A stretch of 64,000 bases of DNA from Gemmatimonadota bacterium (GCA_034521595.1 JAXHMG010000003.1:192001-256000); one strand, 5' to 3'. Positions 1 to 10,389 are shown, counted from the stretch's first letter. Notes: generated from the letters alone by a model not told the origin. Translations and numbers: made by a program.

Positions 1-426
1 CAATGGGACATCGATGTGAAACCCGACGGTGAAGGCCTCCCGCCGGGACGTGGCACCGTGGAGGAAGGGGAACAGGTGTACATGACGCACTGTGTCGCGT
101 GTCACGGCCCGACGGGCGTCGAAGGTCCGTACGATCGCCTGGTCGCGACGGATCCCTGGGACGAGTGGCCCCTGAACAGGGGGATCGGCAACTACTGGCC
201 GTATGCCACGACGCTGTACGACTACACCCGGAGAGCCATGCCCCAGCTCACGCCCGGAATCCTGACGCCGGACGAGACCTACGCGGTGATCGCCTATCTC
301 CTCTACCGGAACGAGATCATCGACGAAGATGCCGTCATGGACCAGAACACCCTGCCGGAGGTGTCCATGCCGGCGAGGGGACGGTTCGTGGTCGATGACC
401 GCGCCGGCGGAAGCGAGATCAAGTAG
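1..426 (+). CDS. Cytochrome c, SoxD/SorB-like monoheme (5' partial)
   Basis: CVACH heme motif, WDIDVKPDGEGLPPG and GNYWPYATTLYDY..RAMP motifs typical of SoxD-like cytochromes; frame is open from base 1. Confidence 0.85.
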   Translation, partial: QWDIDVKPDGEGLPPGRGTVEEGEQVYMTHCVACHGPTGVEGPYDRLVATDPWDEWPLNRGIGNYWPYATTLYDYTRRAMPQLTPGILTPDETYAVIAYLLYRNEIIDEDAVMDQNTLPEVSMPARGRFVVDDRAGGSEIK

Positions 427-471
427 GGGGCGGGCGGAGCTTTCTACCAGCGGGCGCGGTGGCCGTCGACG

Positions 472-1683
472 TCAGCGGCTCCCCCGCTCCCGGTTCATCA
501 ACGCGTCGAGGTCTTCGGAAAGCTGTCCCGACATGTAGCCCATGAGCGACCTGGTCGCGGAGGATTGGTTGAGGGACGTGAGCTGGATGCTGTAGGCGAC
601 CTCTCCCTCCCCGCCGTCACCGTCTTCGACGACCGCGGTGAACCGGAGCGGGTGTCCGGACCCGAGCCTCCCCAGGTGCGTTGGCGAGAGCGGCATCGTG
701 GCCTCGACCGCGTCTCCGGTACCGGCCGGACCCGTCCAGAGGACGTCGGCGTCTTCCGGCCCGTCGAAGTGGAGAACGTAGAGCGTTTCGCCGGCCAGCG
801 GCTCCGGGACGGTGGCCTGGATTGTGAGCGCCGGCGCGAATGCCATGTCCGGGTGGTCGAACTCGAAGCCCGCGGAGTCGACGATCGATTGGAACCGATC
901 GAGCTGCTCGGGTGTGAAGTCGTCGCGGCTACCGAGGAGCGGGGAGAACGCCGCGGTGAGAGTCACGTTGCCGCTGCGCGCGTACCCGACGGTGCGTGCT
1001 CCCCCGACCTGGCCGTCCTCCCTCACGCCGAGTGACGTGGGGCTCGTCCAAGGACGGAGCTCCTCGACCTCCCACAAATCGCTCGGGGCGTTCACGAACC
1101 GGTAGGGGCTGTCCAGGCTCGGATCACGCGCCGGCTCGCAGACGGGGCTGGAGGTGTTCTCGCATTCCTCGACCACCGCGTCCCGGAGGAGAATGGCGCC
1201 GTCACATCCGCCGACCGACGTCGTGAGATCTCCCGCCGCCGCGATCTTCTCCTCCGCTTCCCTCCGCAGCGAGGTGACGGCTTCCGACACGGTCTGCTTA
1301 ATGGCCTGGCGCCGGGCTGCCCGCTCCTCGACCAGCGCCTCGTCGTCCTCTTCGAGAATGCGTTCCGCCAACGCCTGATCCCGGTCGAACCATTCGGCGA
1401 CGTCGGCCTCGACGGGGTCCGTGGTGTCGAACGGCTCGACGCTCGCACGGTCTTCCAGGGCGATCGCGTTCGAGAGATCCATCAGCCGCTGCGAGCGGTT
1501 CGCGAGGGGCTCCAACTCCGTCTCGAGGGCCTCGATCCGCGCGATGACCTCCACGCACTGCCGGGAGCGCTCGAGTTCGACCCGAGCCAAGCCGGTGGGT
1601 GGTCCCTCCTGTGAGCGGGCTGGCACGGCGAGGCTGCCGAGCAGCAAGAGTGCGACGGTGAGTCGCGAACACGAAGGTGACAA
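472..1683 (-). CDS. Secreted hypothetical protein
   Basis: Probable TTG start at 1683 after GGAG; signal peptide (LTVALLLLGSLAVPARS/Q); acidic helical N-terminal half with 4 Cys. The ORF-track extension to 2097 runs through the MITE. Confidence 0.7.
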   Translation of the reverse strand: MSPSCSRLTVALLLLGSLAVPARSQEGPPTGLARVELERSRQCVEVIARIEALETELEPLANRSQRLMDLSNAIALEDRASVEPFDTTDPVEADVAEWFDRDQALAERILEEDDEALVEERAARRQAIKQTVSEAVTSLRREAEEKIAAAGDLTTSVGGCDGAILLRDAVVEECENTSSPVCEPARDPSLDSPYRFVNAPSDLWEVEELRPWTSPTSLGVREDGQVGGARTVGYARSGNVTLTAAFSPLLGSRDDFTPEQLDRFQSIVDSAGFEFDHPDMAFAPALTIQATVPEPLAGETLYVLHFDGPEDADVLWTGPAGTGDAVEATMPLSPTHLGRLGSGHPLRFTAVVEDGDGGEGEVAYSIQLTSLNQSSATRSLMGYMSGQLSEDLDALMNRERGSR

Positions 1684-1889
1684 CGGTGGCTCCAGTGGTC
1701 GGTTCCGATGGTGATGTAGCTTCTGCGCGTCGGTCTCTACACCGCGCGGCCGTGGGGGTTGCCCGGACGCGCGTGCAACTTTTTTCGCCCGGGTCTCGTC
1801 GTATCCAGTGAAGGGCACGTGAGACCCATCGGTGAGATCGGGTGGCTGGTTGTGTGGGAGTGAGGTCGAGCGTGCCGAGCGCTTCGAGG

Positions 1890-2220
1890 CTAGCAGCCCG
1901 TGGCAGAAGTCTGGTGGGTCGCGTCGCGAGGGTCTCGCGGACCCCGACACGGAAGAGCGACCAATGCGATGCCGAAGGCATCGGGGAGGCGCTATGACGC
2001 TACGTACGATGCCGAGTGGCACCGACGCGACAGCGTTGGGCCGCTGCGCGCCCTTCGGACCACCGCTGGGCACGGCGGTGCCGGCGGCATGGCTCATCGC
2101 CGTCGTTGCTCACTCCTCGACGTAGCTTCGGGCTATCGCCTTCGTCGCTCGTCGCCTGTACGGTATGCCGCCAAGGCGCTCCCGTGCGCGACCCACCAGA
2201 CTTCTGCCACGGGCTGCTAG
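1890..2220. mobile_element. MITE with IS5/IS1182-like termini
   Basis: Perfect 30-bp terminal inverted repeats (1894-1923 cagcccgtggcagaagtctggtgggtcgcg; 2187-2216), each flanked by CTAG; no transposase inside. Confidence 0.85.
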
Positions 2221-2271
2221 GGTGGATGTGTGGATGCCGGGTGGCCTCGTCGTTCGTCGACCCCGGAGGAC

Positions 2272-3225
2272 TCAGTCCTCCGGGGTCACTTCGTTCAGCG
2301 CGACCGCGCACGTCGCGGCGTCCAGAAGCGGCGTGGGCACCCCGACGGCCCGCCCTAGCCGGGCGAGCGTGCCTCCGAGCGCGTCCATCTCCGTCCGGCG
2401 GCCGCTCCGTAAATCGTGCAGGACGCTCGGGTAGAAGCTCTCGGGAAACCCGTCCAGGGTCCGCTCCACGCGGGATTCCGCGTCCGGTGGCAAGGCGACG
2501 CCGTGTCCACGCCCCACGGCCAACACTTCCGAGATCGCTCCGGTTTGGAGGTCGCGGCCGAACGGATGAGCCCGGATCGGACCCAGGGCCGCGCCGGTGA
2601 TGCCGCAGATCGTGGCCAGCGCTGAAACCACGGCCATCTTGAGCCAGATCTCGACTCGGATATCGTCCGCCGTGACGACCTCCACGTCCGTGGGTGCGAA
2701 GAGATCGTGAATGGTTTGGAGTCCCTGGGCGTTATGGCCACCAGTCGATCCGATGACGAGCCTTTGGTGCTCACCCTTACGCTCGACGACTCCGGGCGCG
2801 GTCCGGAAAGCCGTGAGATACGCCACCCCGTCCACCAGGCGATCCTCCGGGACGCCGGCGGCTCGCAGGCGGTCGGAAATGTCCACGCCGTTCAAAAGGG
2901 GGACGACGACCGCGCCCTCGGCGGCGAGCGCGGCCAGCCGCGGCGCGACCTCGTCGAGTGAGTACGCCTTGACCGCCACGAACGCCACGTCGGCCGGAGC
3001 GGGCGCCGACTCGGGGCTCACGGGACGTGGATGTGCGAGAAATCCGTCCCGAGGCGTTCGGATCTCGAGGCCTCGAGTCTCCACGGCCTCGGCGTGCGCT
3101 CCCCGGATGACGAGGCGGACGTCGTGTCCCGCGTTCGCGAGGATCCCGGCTACGTAGCTGCCGAGGCCACCGGCACCGACCACCTCGACCCGTAGCGGCC
3201 GGGCCGCGATCGTCCCGTCGCTCAT
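2272..3225 (-). CDS. panE: 2-dehydropantoate 2-reductase
   Basis: VVGAGGLG Rossmann motif, VAVKAY, PLLNG, WLK, PSVLHDL..GRRTE; ATGA overlap with ilvD stop. Confidence 0.9.
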   Translation of the reverse strand: MSDGTIAARPLRVEVVGAGGLGSYVAGILANAGHDVRLVIRGAHAEAVETRGLEIRTPRDGFLAHPRPVSPESAPAPADVAFVAVKAYSLDEVAPRLAALAAEGAVVVPLLNGVDISDRLRAAGVPEDRLVDGVAYLTAFRTAPGVVERKGEHQRLVIGSTGGHNAQGLQTIHDLFAPTDVEVVTADDIRVEIWLKMAVVSALATICGITGAALGPIRAHPFGRDLQTGAISEVLAVGRGHGVALPPDAESRVERTLDGFPESFYPSVLHDLRSGRRTEMDALGGTLARLGRAVGVPTPLLDAATCAVALNEVTPED

Positions 3226-4910
3226 GCGTCGGTCACGCACCCGAAGGACGCCGAGGACACGGTACGCACGTACCGTCCCAGAACGCCGCGCCGGGTGGCT
3301 GGCGGGGGCTCGACCCAGGCCGCTCGCCGGCGCGCTCGCTCCGGCTCCTCGACGTCCCATTCGATGCGATCCGCTTCGGCATCGATCGTCACCGTATCTC
3401 CGTCCCTCAGGAGCGCGATGGGGCCCCCGGACTGCGCTTCGGGCGTGACGTGCCCCACCACGAATCCGTGGCTGCCGCCCGAGAAGCGCCCATCGGTGAT
3501 CAAGGCGACCGAGTCCCCGAGCCCCGCCCCGGTTATGGCGGACGTGATCGTGAGCATCTCCGGCATCCCTGGTCCACCGCGCGGGCCCTCGTACCGGATG
3601 ACGACGACGTCTCCGGGCACGATCTCGCCCTGCTGTATGCCGCGGAGCGCCGCTTCTTCACGGTCGTAGACACGAGCGGGGCCAGTGAAGCGCACCCCCT
3701 CCTTGCCGGTGATCTTCGCCACGGCCCCCTCCGGAGCGAGGCTGCCCTCGAGGATCCGGATGTGGCCGGTCGGCTTGATGGGATCGGCGGGCGGCCGGAC
3801 GATCTCCTGCCCCGCGGACAACCCGGGGAGCTCCGCGAGGTTCTCGGCCAGGGTGTGTCCCGTGACGGTCATGCAGCTCCCGTCGATGAGCCCGTGCTCG
3901 AGGAGGAGCTTGAGCACCGCGGGGATTCCACCGACGCGGTGCAGATCTTCCATCACGTGCCGGCCGCTCGGTTTCAGGTCGGCCAAGTAGGGCACGCGCG
4001 CGCTCACCGCCCGGAAGTCGTCCAGGCTCAAATCGACCTCCGCGGCGTGGGCCACGGCGAGCAGGTGGAGGACCGCGTTCGTCGAGCCGCCCAGCGCGGT
4101 CACGAGCGTCATGGCGTTTTCGAAGGCGGCGCGGGTCATGATGGCCCGGGGCGTCAGGCCCGTCTCCAGCAAGCGGGTGACCGCGGTTCCCGCGGCCCGA
4201 CACTCCTCGAGCTTTCGGGGGTCGGTGGCCGGAGTGCAGGCGCTGTATGGCAGGGTCATGCCCATGGCTTCCGCCGCGCTGGCCATCGTGTTCGCCGTGT
4301 ACATGCCGCCGCATGCTCCGGGGCCGGGGCATGCGTGTCTCACGACCTGCGCGAAGCGCTCTTCATCGATCTTTCCCGAGATCAGAGCGCCATAGCTCTC
4401 GAACGTGCTGACGATGTCGAGCGGCTCGTCTCCGAGGCGGCCGGGACGGATCGTGCCTCCGTAGACCATCAACGAAGGTCGGTCTATCCGGGCCATGGCC
4501 ATGAGCGATCCCGGCATGTTCTTGTCACATCCGGGGATGCTCACGTTCGCGTCGTACCACTGCGCCCGCATGACGGTTTCGATCGAGTCCGCGATGAGGT
4601 CGCGGGACGGCAGCGAGTAGCTCATTCCCTCCGTGCCCATCGAGATGCCGTCACTGACTCCGATGGTATTGAACCGCATGGGAACCAGCCCCGCGTCCCG
4701 GGCACCACTCCCGACCGCTTCAGCCAGGTCGAGGAGGTGCATGTTGCACGGGTTGCCCTCCCACCACATGGAGGCGATGCCCACCTGGGCTTTCGACATG
4801 TCCTCGGGGGTCAGGCCCGTGGCGTAGAGCATGGCCTGCGCGTTCGCGTGCGCCGGATCCTGGGTGACGGTGGCGCTGTGCCGGTTCAGCGTCGGGAGGC
4901 GTCGGGTCAC
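3222..4910 (-). CDS. ilvD: Dihydroxy-acid dehydratase
   Basis: [49 protein letters not shown]. Confidence 0.97.
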   Translation of the reverse strand: MTRRLPTLNRHSATVTQDPAHANAQAMLYATGLTPEDMSKAQVGIASMWWEGNPCNMHLLDLAEAVGSGARDAGLVPMRFNTIGVSDGISMGTEGMSYSLPSRDLIADSIETVMRAQWYDANVSIPGCDKNMPGSLMAMARIDRPSLMVYGGTIRPGRLGDEPLDIVSTFESYGALISGKIDEERFAQVVRHACPGPGACGGMYTANTMASAAEAMGMTLPYSACTPATDPRKLEECRAAGTAVTRLLETGLTPRAIMTRAAFENAMTLVTALGGSTNAVLHLLAVAHAAEVDLSLDDFRAVSARVPYLADLKPSGRHVMEDLHRVGGIPAVLKLLLEHGLIDGSCMTVTGHTLAENLAELPGLSAGQEIVRPPADPIKPTGHIRILEGSLAPEGAVAKITGKEGVRFTGPARVYDREEAALRGIQQGEIVPGDVVVIRYEGPRGGPGMPEMLTITSAITGAGLGDSVALITDGRFSGGSHGFVVGHVTPEAQSGGPIALLRDGDTVTIDAEADRIEWDVEEPERARRRAAWVEPPPATRRGVLGRYVRTVSSASFGCVTDA

Positions 4911-4994
4911 GTCTTCATCTCACGATCTGGATGGTCGGTATCGCTTGCGCCCCGCCGGAATCCGGCTCTTGCCGGGTGGTTTCGACGCGGTGCC

Positions 4995-5468
4995 TCAGTG
5001 CGGCAGGTTGGGGCGCAGCAGGCCGTACGTCCAGGCTCCGGCCAGGGCGGCGAGGAGTCCCACGACGAGGACACCGATCCCGCTCCCGATGAGCGCGAAC
5101 AGGGGCCCGGGGCAGGCACCGATGAAGCCCCATCCGAGTCCGAACGCGATCCCACCGAGGATGTGGTTCTTACGAGGGCGGGCCTGATCACTCTCCGGAA
5201 ACGCGATGGGCTCGCCCCGGATCGTGCGGATGCCGAACCGCTTCATCAGGAATACGGAGAGCGCCCCCACGGCGACGGCCGAGCCGATCACCCCGTACAT
5301 ATGGACGGCGTCGAAGTGGAACATCTCCTGGATCCGGAACCAAGAGGCGACCTCCGACTTGATGAAGATCACGCCGAGATAGATCCCCACCAGGAAGTAG
5401 ACGGCGAGAGACTCCGAGCGGAGGGACTCTCCCGAGCGTCGCGGGTGTTGGACGGCGGTCGGGCTCAT
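4995..5468 (-). CDS. YeeE/YedE-family membrane protein (small partner, DUF6691-like)
   Basis: SWFRIQEMF, FGLGWGFIGACPGP motif; hydrophobic. Confidence 0.85.
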   Translation of the reverse strand: MSPTAVQHPRRSGESLRSESLAVYFLVGIYLGVIFIKSEVASWFRIQEMFHFDAVHMYGVIGSAVAVGALSVFLMKRFGIRTIRGEPIAFPESDQARPRKNHILGGIAFGLGWGFIGACPGPLFALIGSGIGVLVVGLLAALAGAWTYGLLRPNLPH

Positions 5469-5473
5469 GGCGG

Positions 5474-6037
5474 TCAGAGCACCCAGGGGAGGAGGACGTG
5501 AACCGTGAGCAGGCCTCCGGCGAAGAAGCCGAGGACCGCGACGAGCGAGGAGCGTTGGAGGGTCGAGAGGCCGGAGATCGCGTGCCCGCTGGTGCACCCG
5601 TTCGCATAGCGGGCGCCGAACCCGACCAGGAATCCGCCGAGCAGGACGAGCACGAGTCCCGGCACGGACGTCAGGGCTTCGAAGCTGAAGAGGTCGGAGG
5701 GGACCATTCCCGCGAAGTCACGCACTCCGAGTGCCGTGAGCTCCTCCCGCGTTCCCTCCGCGATGGCGACCACGTGATCGGGGCGCGAGAGCACCCGCCA
5801 GCCCAGGAACCCACCGACGAGCATGCCTCCCGCCATGGCCAGGTGCCAGCCGCCGCGGCGCTTCCAGTCGTATCGGAAGTACTCGAGGCCGCTCGGGACC
5901 GCGGCGGCGCAGAGGTGCTGGAGCGACGATGACACACCCCACTTCTTGCCACCGTACCAGTAGATGAAGGGCACGACGAGCCCGATCAACGGGCCCGCGA
6001 CGTACCAGGGCCAGGGACGCGTCAGGATGTCCAGCAC
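5474..6037 (-). CDS. YeeE/YedE-family sulfur-compound transporter
   Basis: PWPWYVAGPLIG, GVSSS, GFGARYANGCTSGH motifs. Confidence 0.9.
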   Translation of the reverse strand: MLDILTRPWPWYVAGPLIGLVVPFIYWYGGKKWGVSSSLQHLCAAAVPSGLEYFRYDWKRRGGWHLAMAGGMLVGGFLGWRVLSRPDHVVAIAEGTREELTALGVRDFAGMVPSDLFSFEALTSVPGLVLVLLGGFLVGFGARYANGCTSGHAISGLSTLQRSSLVAVLGFFAGGLLTVHVLLPWVL

Positions 6038-6152
6038 TCGGGTGTCCTCCGGGGTCCACGGTGCGCTCGCACGGGAGCGATGCCCATCGTCTCGAACACG
6101 AATCTGCGCGGTCGGTCGGCCGCGTGCCAGCCCGGTCGCCTGCGCCGTCCCG

Positions 6153-7628
6153 TCAACCTCCGCCCGATGCGGCGTCCTCGCGGTAGTCCAGCGGTGGATC
6201 CCTGTCCCCGAGCAAAGGCTCGTAGGTCCAGTCGTCGGGAAGCCGCTCCCGATGCTCGGCGCGTGCCCGGTCCAGCAGCGCCGGATCAGTGAGGAGATCC
6301 GCCGCGGTCAGCGCGAGGGTCTTGGCCGCCACGATCATCCCCTTGTTCCCGATCGAGGTCCCGCCGGCGGCGATGGCCTGCCAGGAGTGGGTCGCCGTCC
6401 CCGGTACCCAGGTCGCCGCGCTCATTCCGCCGGTCGGAACGACCCAGCTGACGTCGGCCACGTCCGTGGACCACGACCCCGCGCTCTCGACGACGGCGAA
6501 CGGCTGGACTTCGGAGGCGGATTCGAGCGGAGGGGCGTCGGACGGCAAGCTCTCGCGCAGTCGCTCGGCGAAGGCGCGCTCGTCCTCGTCGTACGTGACA
6601 CCGCCCACGCGCACCAGATTCTCGTGAATGGCCTCCTGGAGTGCGACGTTGGGCAGGAGGTTGTAGAGGCCGTGCATGACCTCGACGTTCATGGTCGTGC
6701 CCGTTCCGAGCGCCGCACCTTCCGCGGCGGCCGTGATGCGGTCGAAGATGGACTGCACTTCGGCGGGGTCGGGGTGCCGGACGTAGTAGTAGACCTCGGC
6801 TGCGTCCGGGACCACGTTGGGCGCGGCGCCTCCGTTGGTGATCACGTAGTGGATCCGCGTCTCCTGCGGCACGTGCTCGCGCATGAGATTCACCATGTGG
6901 TTCATGGCCTCCACGCCGTCGAGCGCGGAGCGGCCCCGCTCCGGGGCGGCGGCGGCGTGCGCGGACACTCCCGAAAAACGGAACCGTGCGGATTTATTCG
7001 CGAGGGTGCTGATCGCGCCCGCGTCGTTGCGGTCGCCCGGGTGCCAGTTGAGGACGACGTCCGCGTCGTCGAAGAGCCCCTCGCGGACCATGTAGACCTT
7101 TCCGGCGCCGCCTTCCTCGGCCGGCGTTCCGTACAGCCGGATCTCGCCGGCTTCGCCGGTCGCGGCCATCCATTCCTTGGTGGCGACCGCCGCCGCGACC
7201 GAACCGGCCGCGAAGAGATGGTGACCGCAGGCGTGGCCCGCGTGGGTTCCTTCCAGTGGCGCCCGCGTCGGGTCGCGGCCCTGGGTGATGCCGGGAAGGG
7301 CGTCGTATTCGGCCAGGATCCCGATGACCGGGCCTTCTTCCTGCTTCCAACTCGCGACGAAGGCGGTCGGGATTCCGGCGACGCCCATCTCCACCTCGAA
7401 ACCCGCCTCGGTGAGCGACGACGCCAACAGCTCGGCACTTTGCTCTTCCTGGTAGCCGACTTCGGCGAGGTCCCAGATCCGTTGGGCCATCTCCCCGTAC
7501 TCCGCCGCATGCCCGTCGATGAAGTCGGTCAGCGCGGAGGGATCGTACTGGGCTTCGGCGATGGACGGCAACGCGACGAGCCCGGACACGAGGACGAGGC
7601 ACGCTTTCGGGGAGCGGAGTCGAAGCAT
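6153..7628 (-). CDS. Exported M20D amidohydrolase (AbgB-like)
   Basis: Signal peptide; AEYDALPG, GHACGH, GTPAEEGG, WHP, GSWSTDV, HSWQ motifs. Confidence 0.9.
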   Translation of the reverse strand: MLRLRSPKACLVLVSGLVALPSIAEAQYDPSALTDFIDGHAAEYGEMAQRIWDLAEVGYQEEQSAELLASSLTEAGFEVEMGVAGIPTAFVASWKQEEGPVIGILAEYDALPGITQGRDPTRAPLEGTHAGHACGHHLFAAGSVAAAVATKEWMAATGEAGEIRLYGTPAEEGGAGKVYMVREGLFDDADVVLNWHPGDRNDAGAISTLANKSARFRFSGVSAHAAAAPERGRSALDGVEAMNHMVNLMREHVPQETRIHYVITNGGAAPNVVPDAAEVYYYVRHPDPAEVQSIFDRITAAAEGAALGTGTTMNVEVMHGLYNLLPNVALQEAIHENLVRVGGVTYDEDERAFAERLRESLPSDAPPLESASEVQPFAVVESAGSWSTDVADVSWVVPTGGMSAATWVPGTATHSWQAIAAGGTSIGNKGMIVAAKTLALTAADLLTDPALLDRARAEHRERLPDDWTYEPLLGDRDPPLDYREDAASGGG

Positions 7629-7832
7629 GTTCGTGGTTTTCTCCTGTCGTGGTTCGGGGTCGCTCGCTCGATGAGCGGGCGGAACTGGTAACACCGGTAG
7701 GGCTCGGGGGTTGCACTCGCCGTGGCCCCGCAGGGAGCGGAACACCCGCCGAGGCTCACCCTCTCTTGGGAATCCCTCTTCCGTTCGTGAGATTAAAGCG
7801 GCCGCTATCCCCGAGGTGGAGCTTCATGCCCG

Positions 7833-8222
7833 ATGCCCAGAAAGCGTCTCATCGTCGTCGGTGACCGTGTGCTGATCGAGCCGGAGGAAGGTGAAGACCG
7901 GACGAAGGTGGGCCTCTACCTGCCTCAAACAGCCATGGACAACCAGGCCGTGCAAGGAGGAACCGTGGCGGCGACCGGCCCGGGGAACGCCGTGTCTCCT
8001 CCCGCCGATCTCGGGGACGAACCCTGGAAGATGGGGAGCGATACGGCCGAGGCCCAGTATGTCCCTCTGCAGGCGGAGATCGGTGACTACGCGATCTTCT
8101 TCCGCCGCGCCGCCGTGGAGATCACGTTCGAGGACGTACGCTATCTGGTCGTTCCGCAGGCCGCGATTCTCGCGCTCGTCCGGGAAGAGCTCGACGAAGA
8201 CGTGAACCTTCCGCCGCTCTGA
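7833..8222 (+). CDS. GroES-family co-chaperone (atypical, no groEL adjacent)
   Basis: VVGDRVLIEP..T..GLYLP, G.VAATGPG, GD.AIF; longer than canonical GroES. Confidence 0.8.
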   Translation: MPRKRLIVVGDRVLIEPEEGEDRTKVGLYLPQTAMDNQAVQGGTVAATGPGNAVSPPADLGDEPWKMGSDTAEAQYVPLQAEIGDYAIFFRRAAVEITFEDVRYLVVPQAAILALVREELDEDVNLPPL

Positions 8223-8223
8223 G

Positions 8224-9750
8224 ATGGCCGTTCGCACGCCGAGCGGGAGCTCACGCCGGGCGCGGTCCGTGGACCTCGAGCGCTACCGGGCGATCATCCC
8301 GGACTGGAAGGCGTTCACCGACGCGGCCTCTCGTGAGGAACCCACGGTCTTCCGAGTGAGGGCCGGACGCGTCGACGAGTCCGGGCTGGTCGAACGGCTG
8401 CGTGCGCAGGGATTCCGGACCCGCCCGTTGGACGGCATGCCCGGATTTCATCAGGTGGAACGTGAGCCCTATCCGTTGTCGAGAACCTTCGAGCATTGGA
8501 ACGGCCTCCTCTATCTGCAGCAGGCTTCGACCGGAGTGGCCGCGCGGGCGCTGGGACCGCGCCCGGGAGAGCGCGTGCTCGACCTGTGCTCGGCTCCCGG
8601 AGGCAAGACCGCCCATCTCGCGGATCTCATGGAGGACAGTGGGTGCCTCGTCGCCTCCGAGATCAGCGAAAGTCGCATTCGCGGCTTGCTCGGGAACCTG
8701 TACCGATTGGGGCACACCAACGTGCTGACCGTGGCGGCGGACGGCCGTGCGTTCCCCACCGGGGCGCGCTTCGACCGTGTTCTGGTGGATGCTCCGTGCT
8801 CGGGCGAAGGCACCCTCCGGAGACGCGCAGGCAAGGCCGGGCGGCAATCGCGTTCGTTCCTGGGGTACGTCACGTCGGCGCAGCAGCAGCTCCTGGAGCG
8901 AGCCGTCGAGCTCACGAAGCCCGGCGGCGATGTCCTCTATGTCACGTGCACGTTCGCTCCCGAGGAGAACGAGGCCATCGTGAGCCGCGCGCTCGCGGAG
9001 CTTCCGGTCGAGCTCGTGCCGCTCGAGCTTCCGGTTCCCCACGCGCCGGGACTGACCGCCTGGGACGGTGCCCGGTTCGATCCGCGCCTCGAAGGAGCCG
9101 CGCGCATCTACCCGCAACATCTCGATTCGGGTGGGCTCTTCCTGGCCAAGCTGCGGCGCATGGACGACGCCACCGGTACGGCCTCCAGCGCGGGCGCGGG
9201 ATGGACCTCCGTGCCCGAAGCGTTTCCGGATGCCCGGGACGGGGAGGGGACCGAATCCCTCGTCGGCGGGGAGGTGGATCCGCGGGGGTTGGTCACGAGC
9301 GCGATGGACGAGCTCGGGGACCGGTTCGGAGTTTCTCGGGAGCGGCTGAACGCCCTGTCGTGGACGGTGCGTGGGGGACGCGTGTGGATGCACTCGGTGA
9401 GCGGCTGGCCGCTGGAAGCTTGGGCGGAAGGGACGTGGCGCGCGATCTCGATCGGGGTTCGGGCCGTCGAGTTCGACTCGAAGGGACGCGCGCGTCCGAC
9501 CAACGACGCGCTGAGGTTGCTGTCTCGCGATGTGGACGGACGCCGGGTGGAGCTGAGCCGATCCGAGCTACGGCGCTTTCTCGACCGGGAGCCGCTGGCC
9601 TCGACTCTCGATCTGCGCGGGCCGGTAGCGGTCAGCTACGACGGGGACGTGGTCGGACGGGGTGCGCTGACCCGGGAGGGCCTCAAGTCCGAAGTGCCGA
9701 AGGCCAGGGCGCAGGACCTGGTGCGGGTGCTCGACCAGGGCGGCGGCTGA
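8224..9750 (+). CDS. RsmB/RsmF (NOL1/NOP2) RNA m5C methyltransferase
   Basis: VLDLCSAPGGKT, VLVDAPCSGEG, YVTCTFAPEENE. Confidence 0.92.
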   Translation: MAVRTPSGSSRRARSVDLERYRAIIPDWKAFTDAASREEPTVFRVRAGRVDESGLVERLRAQGFRTRPLDGMPGFHQVEREPYPLSRTFEHWNGLLYLQQASTGVAARALGPRPGERVLDLCSAPGGKTAHLADLMEDSGCLVASEISESRIRGLLGNLYRLGHTNVLTVAADGRAFPTGARFDRVLVDAPCSGEGTLRRRAGKAGRQSRSFLGYVTSAQQQLLERAVELTKPGGDVLYVTCTFAPEENEAIVSRALAELPVELVPLELPVPHAPGLTAWDGARFDPRLEGAARIYPQHLDSGGLFLAKLRRMDDATGTASSAGAGWTSVPEAFPDARDGEGTESLVGGEVDPRGLVTSAMDELGDRFGVSRERLNALSWTVRGGRVWMHSVSGWPLEAWAEGTWRAISIGVRAVEFDSKGRARPTNDALRLLSRDVDGRRVELSRSELRRFLDREPLASTLDLRGPVAVSYDGDVVGRGALTREGLKSEVPKARAQDLVRVLDQGGG

Positions 9751-9778
9751 GGTCGGTCCTCGGATCCGGTCCGTGGCC

Positions 9779-10204
9779 TCAACCGCGGCCGGCATCCCGC
9801 CGGTCACTCCGAAGGTGGCGGGCGAACGTCGCGTCCGCGGGGGCCATCGGGATCTCCAGCATCTCTCCGGGGGCGAACCAGCCGACCGCCTCGTGCTCGA
9901 GCGTGCTCGGCGTACCCTCTGCGAATATCTCGACGAACTCGATGAGGAACCGTGAGGTGCCGTCCATGACCGAGAGGAGCGGGCCACCCGCGGCGGTCAC
10001 GAGCAGCCCCATCTCTTCGAGGAGCTCACGTCTGACTGCGTCCAGCGTGGACTCGCCCGGGTCGAGCTTCCCTCCGGGAAACTCCCAAAGGCCCCCGTGT
10101 CTCTTACGGGCGGGACGGCGCCCCAGGAGGTAGCGGCCCTCTCGGTGGAGCACGGCCGCCACCACCCGTACCATCCCTTCCGGAGCCGCGCCGCCCGCGG
10201 TCAC
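9779..10204 (-). CDS. NUDIX (MutT/NudG-like) pyrophosphohydrolase
   Basis: WEFPGGKLDPGE..AVRRELLEEMG Nudix box. Confidence 0.9.
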   Translation of the reverse strand: MTAGGAAPEGMVRVVAAVLHREGRYLLGRRPARKRHGGLWEFPGGKLDPGESTLDAVRRELLEEMGLLVTAAGGPLLSVMDGTSRFLIEFVEIFAEGTPSTLEHEAVGWFAPGEMLEIPMAPADATFARHLRSDRRDAGRG

Positions 10205-10259
10205 TGCGTCGGTCCGGTCATCGGGTCACTCGGTCGTGACGAGGCATACGGAAGCTCCC

Positions 10260-10300
10260 ACTTTTTCAACACCCTTCTAGTACCTGTAGACTGTAATACC
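10260..10300. mobile_element. Solo IS/MITE terminus at a CTAG site
   Basis: actttttcaacacccttCTAG resembles an IS5/IS1182-type right end; no partner end seen in the window. Confidence 0.4.
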
Positions 10301-10389
10301 CGGGCAGGGTAGAGAAAGCCCACGGGTGAACAGCCCGCGACGCGACTCGCGCCCGGTCCGTGTTTCATTGAACGTCGTCCGGAGCACTC

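Noticed and set aside
1684-2097. N-terminal extension of the 541-aa ORF (472..2097)
   Set aside because: It runs through the MITE (FCHGLL is the translated TIR); the signal peptide and RBS point to a start at 1683
3450-5501. 683-aa plus-strand ORF
   Set aside because: Antisense shadow of ilvD and yeeE; no motifs; expected in high-GC DNA
7709-7740. TTGCACTC upstream of the GroES-like gene as a CIRCE element
   Set aside because: The second half-site GAGTGCTAA is absent
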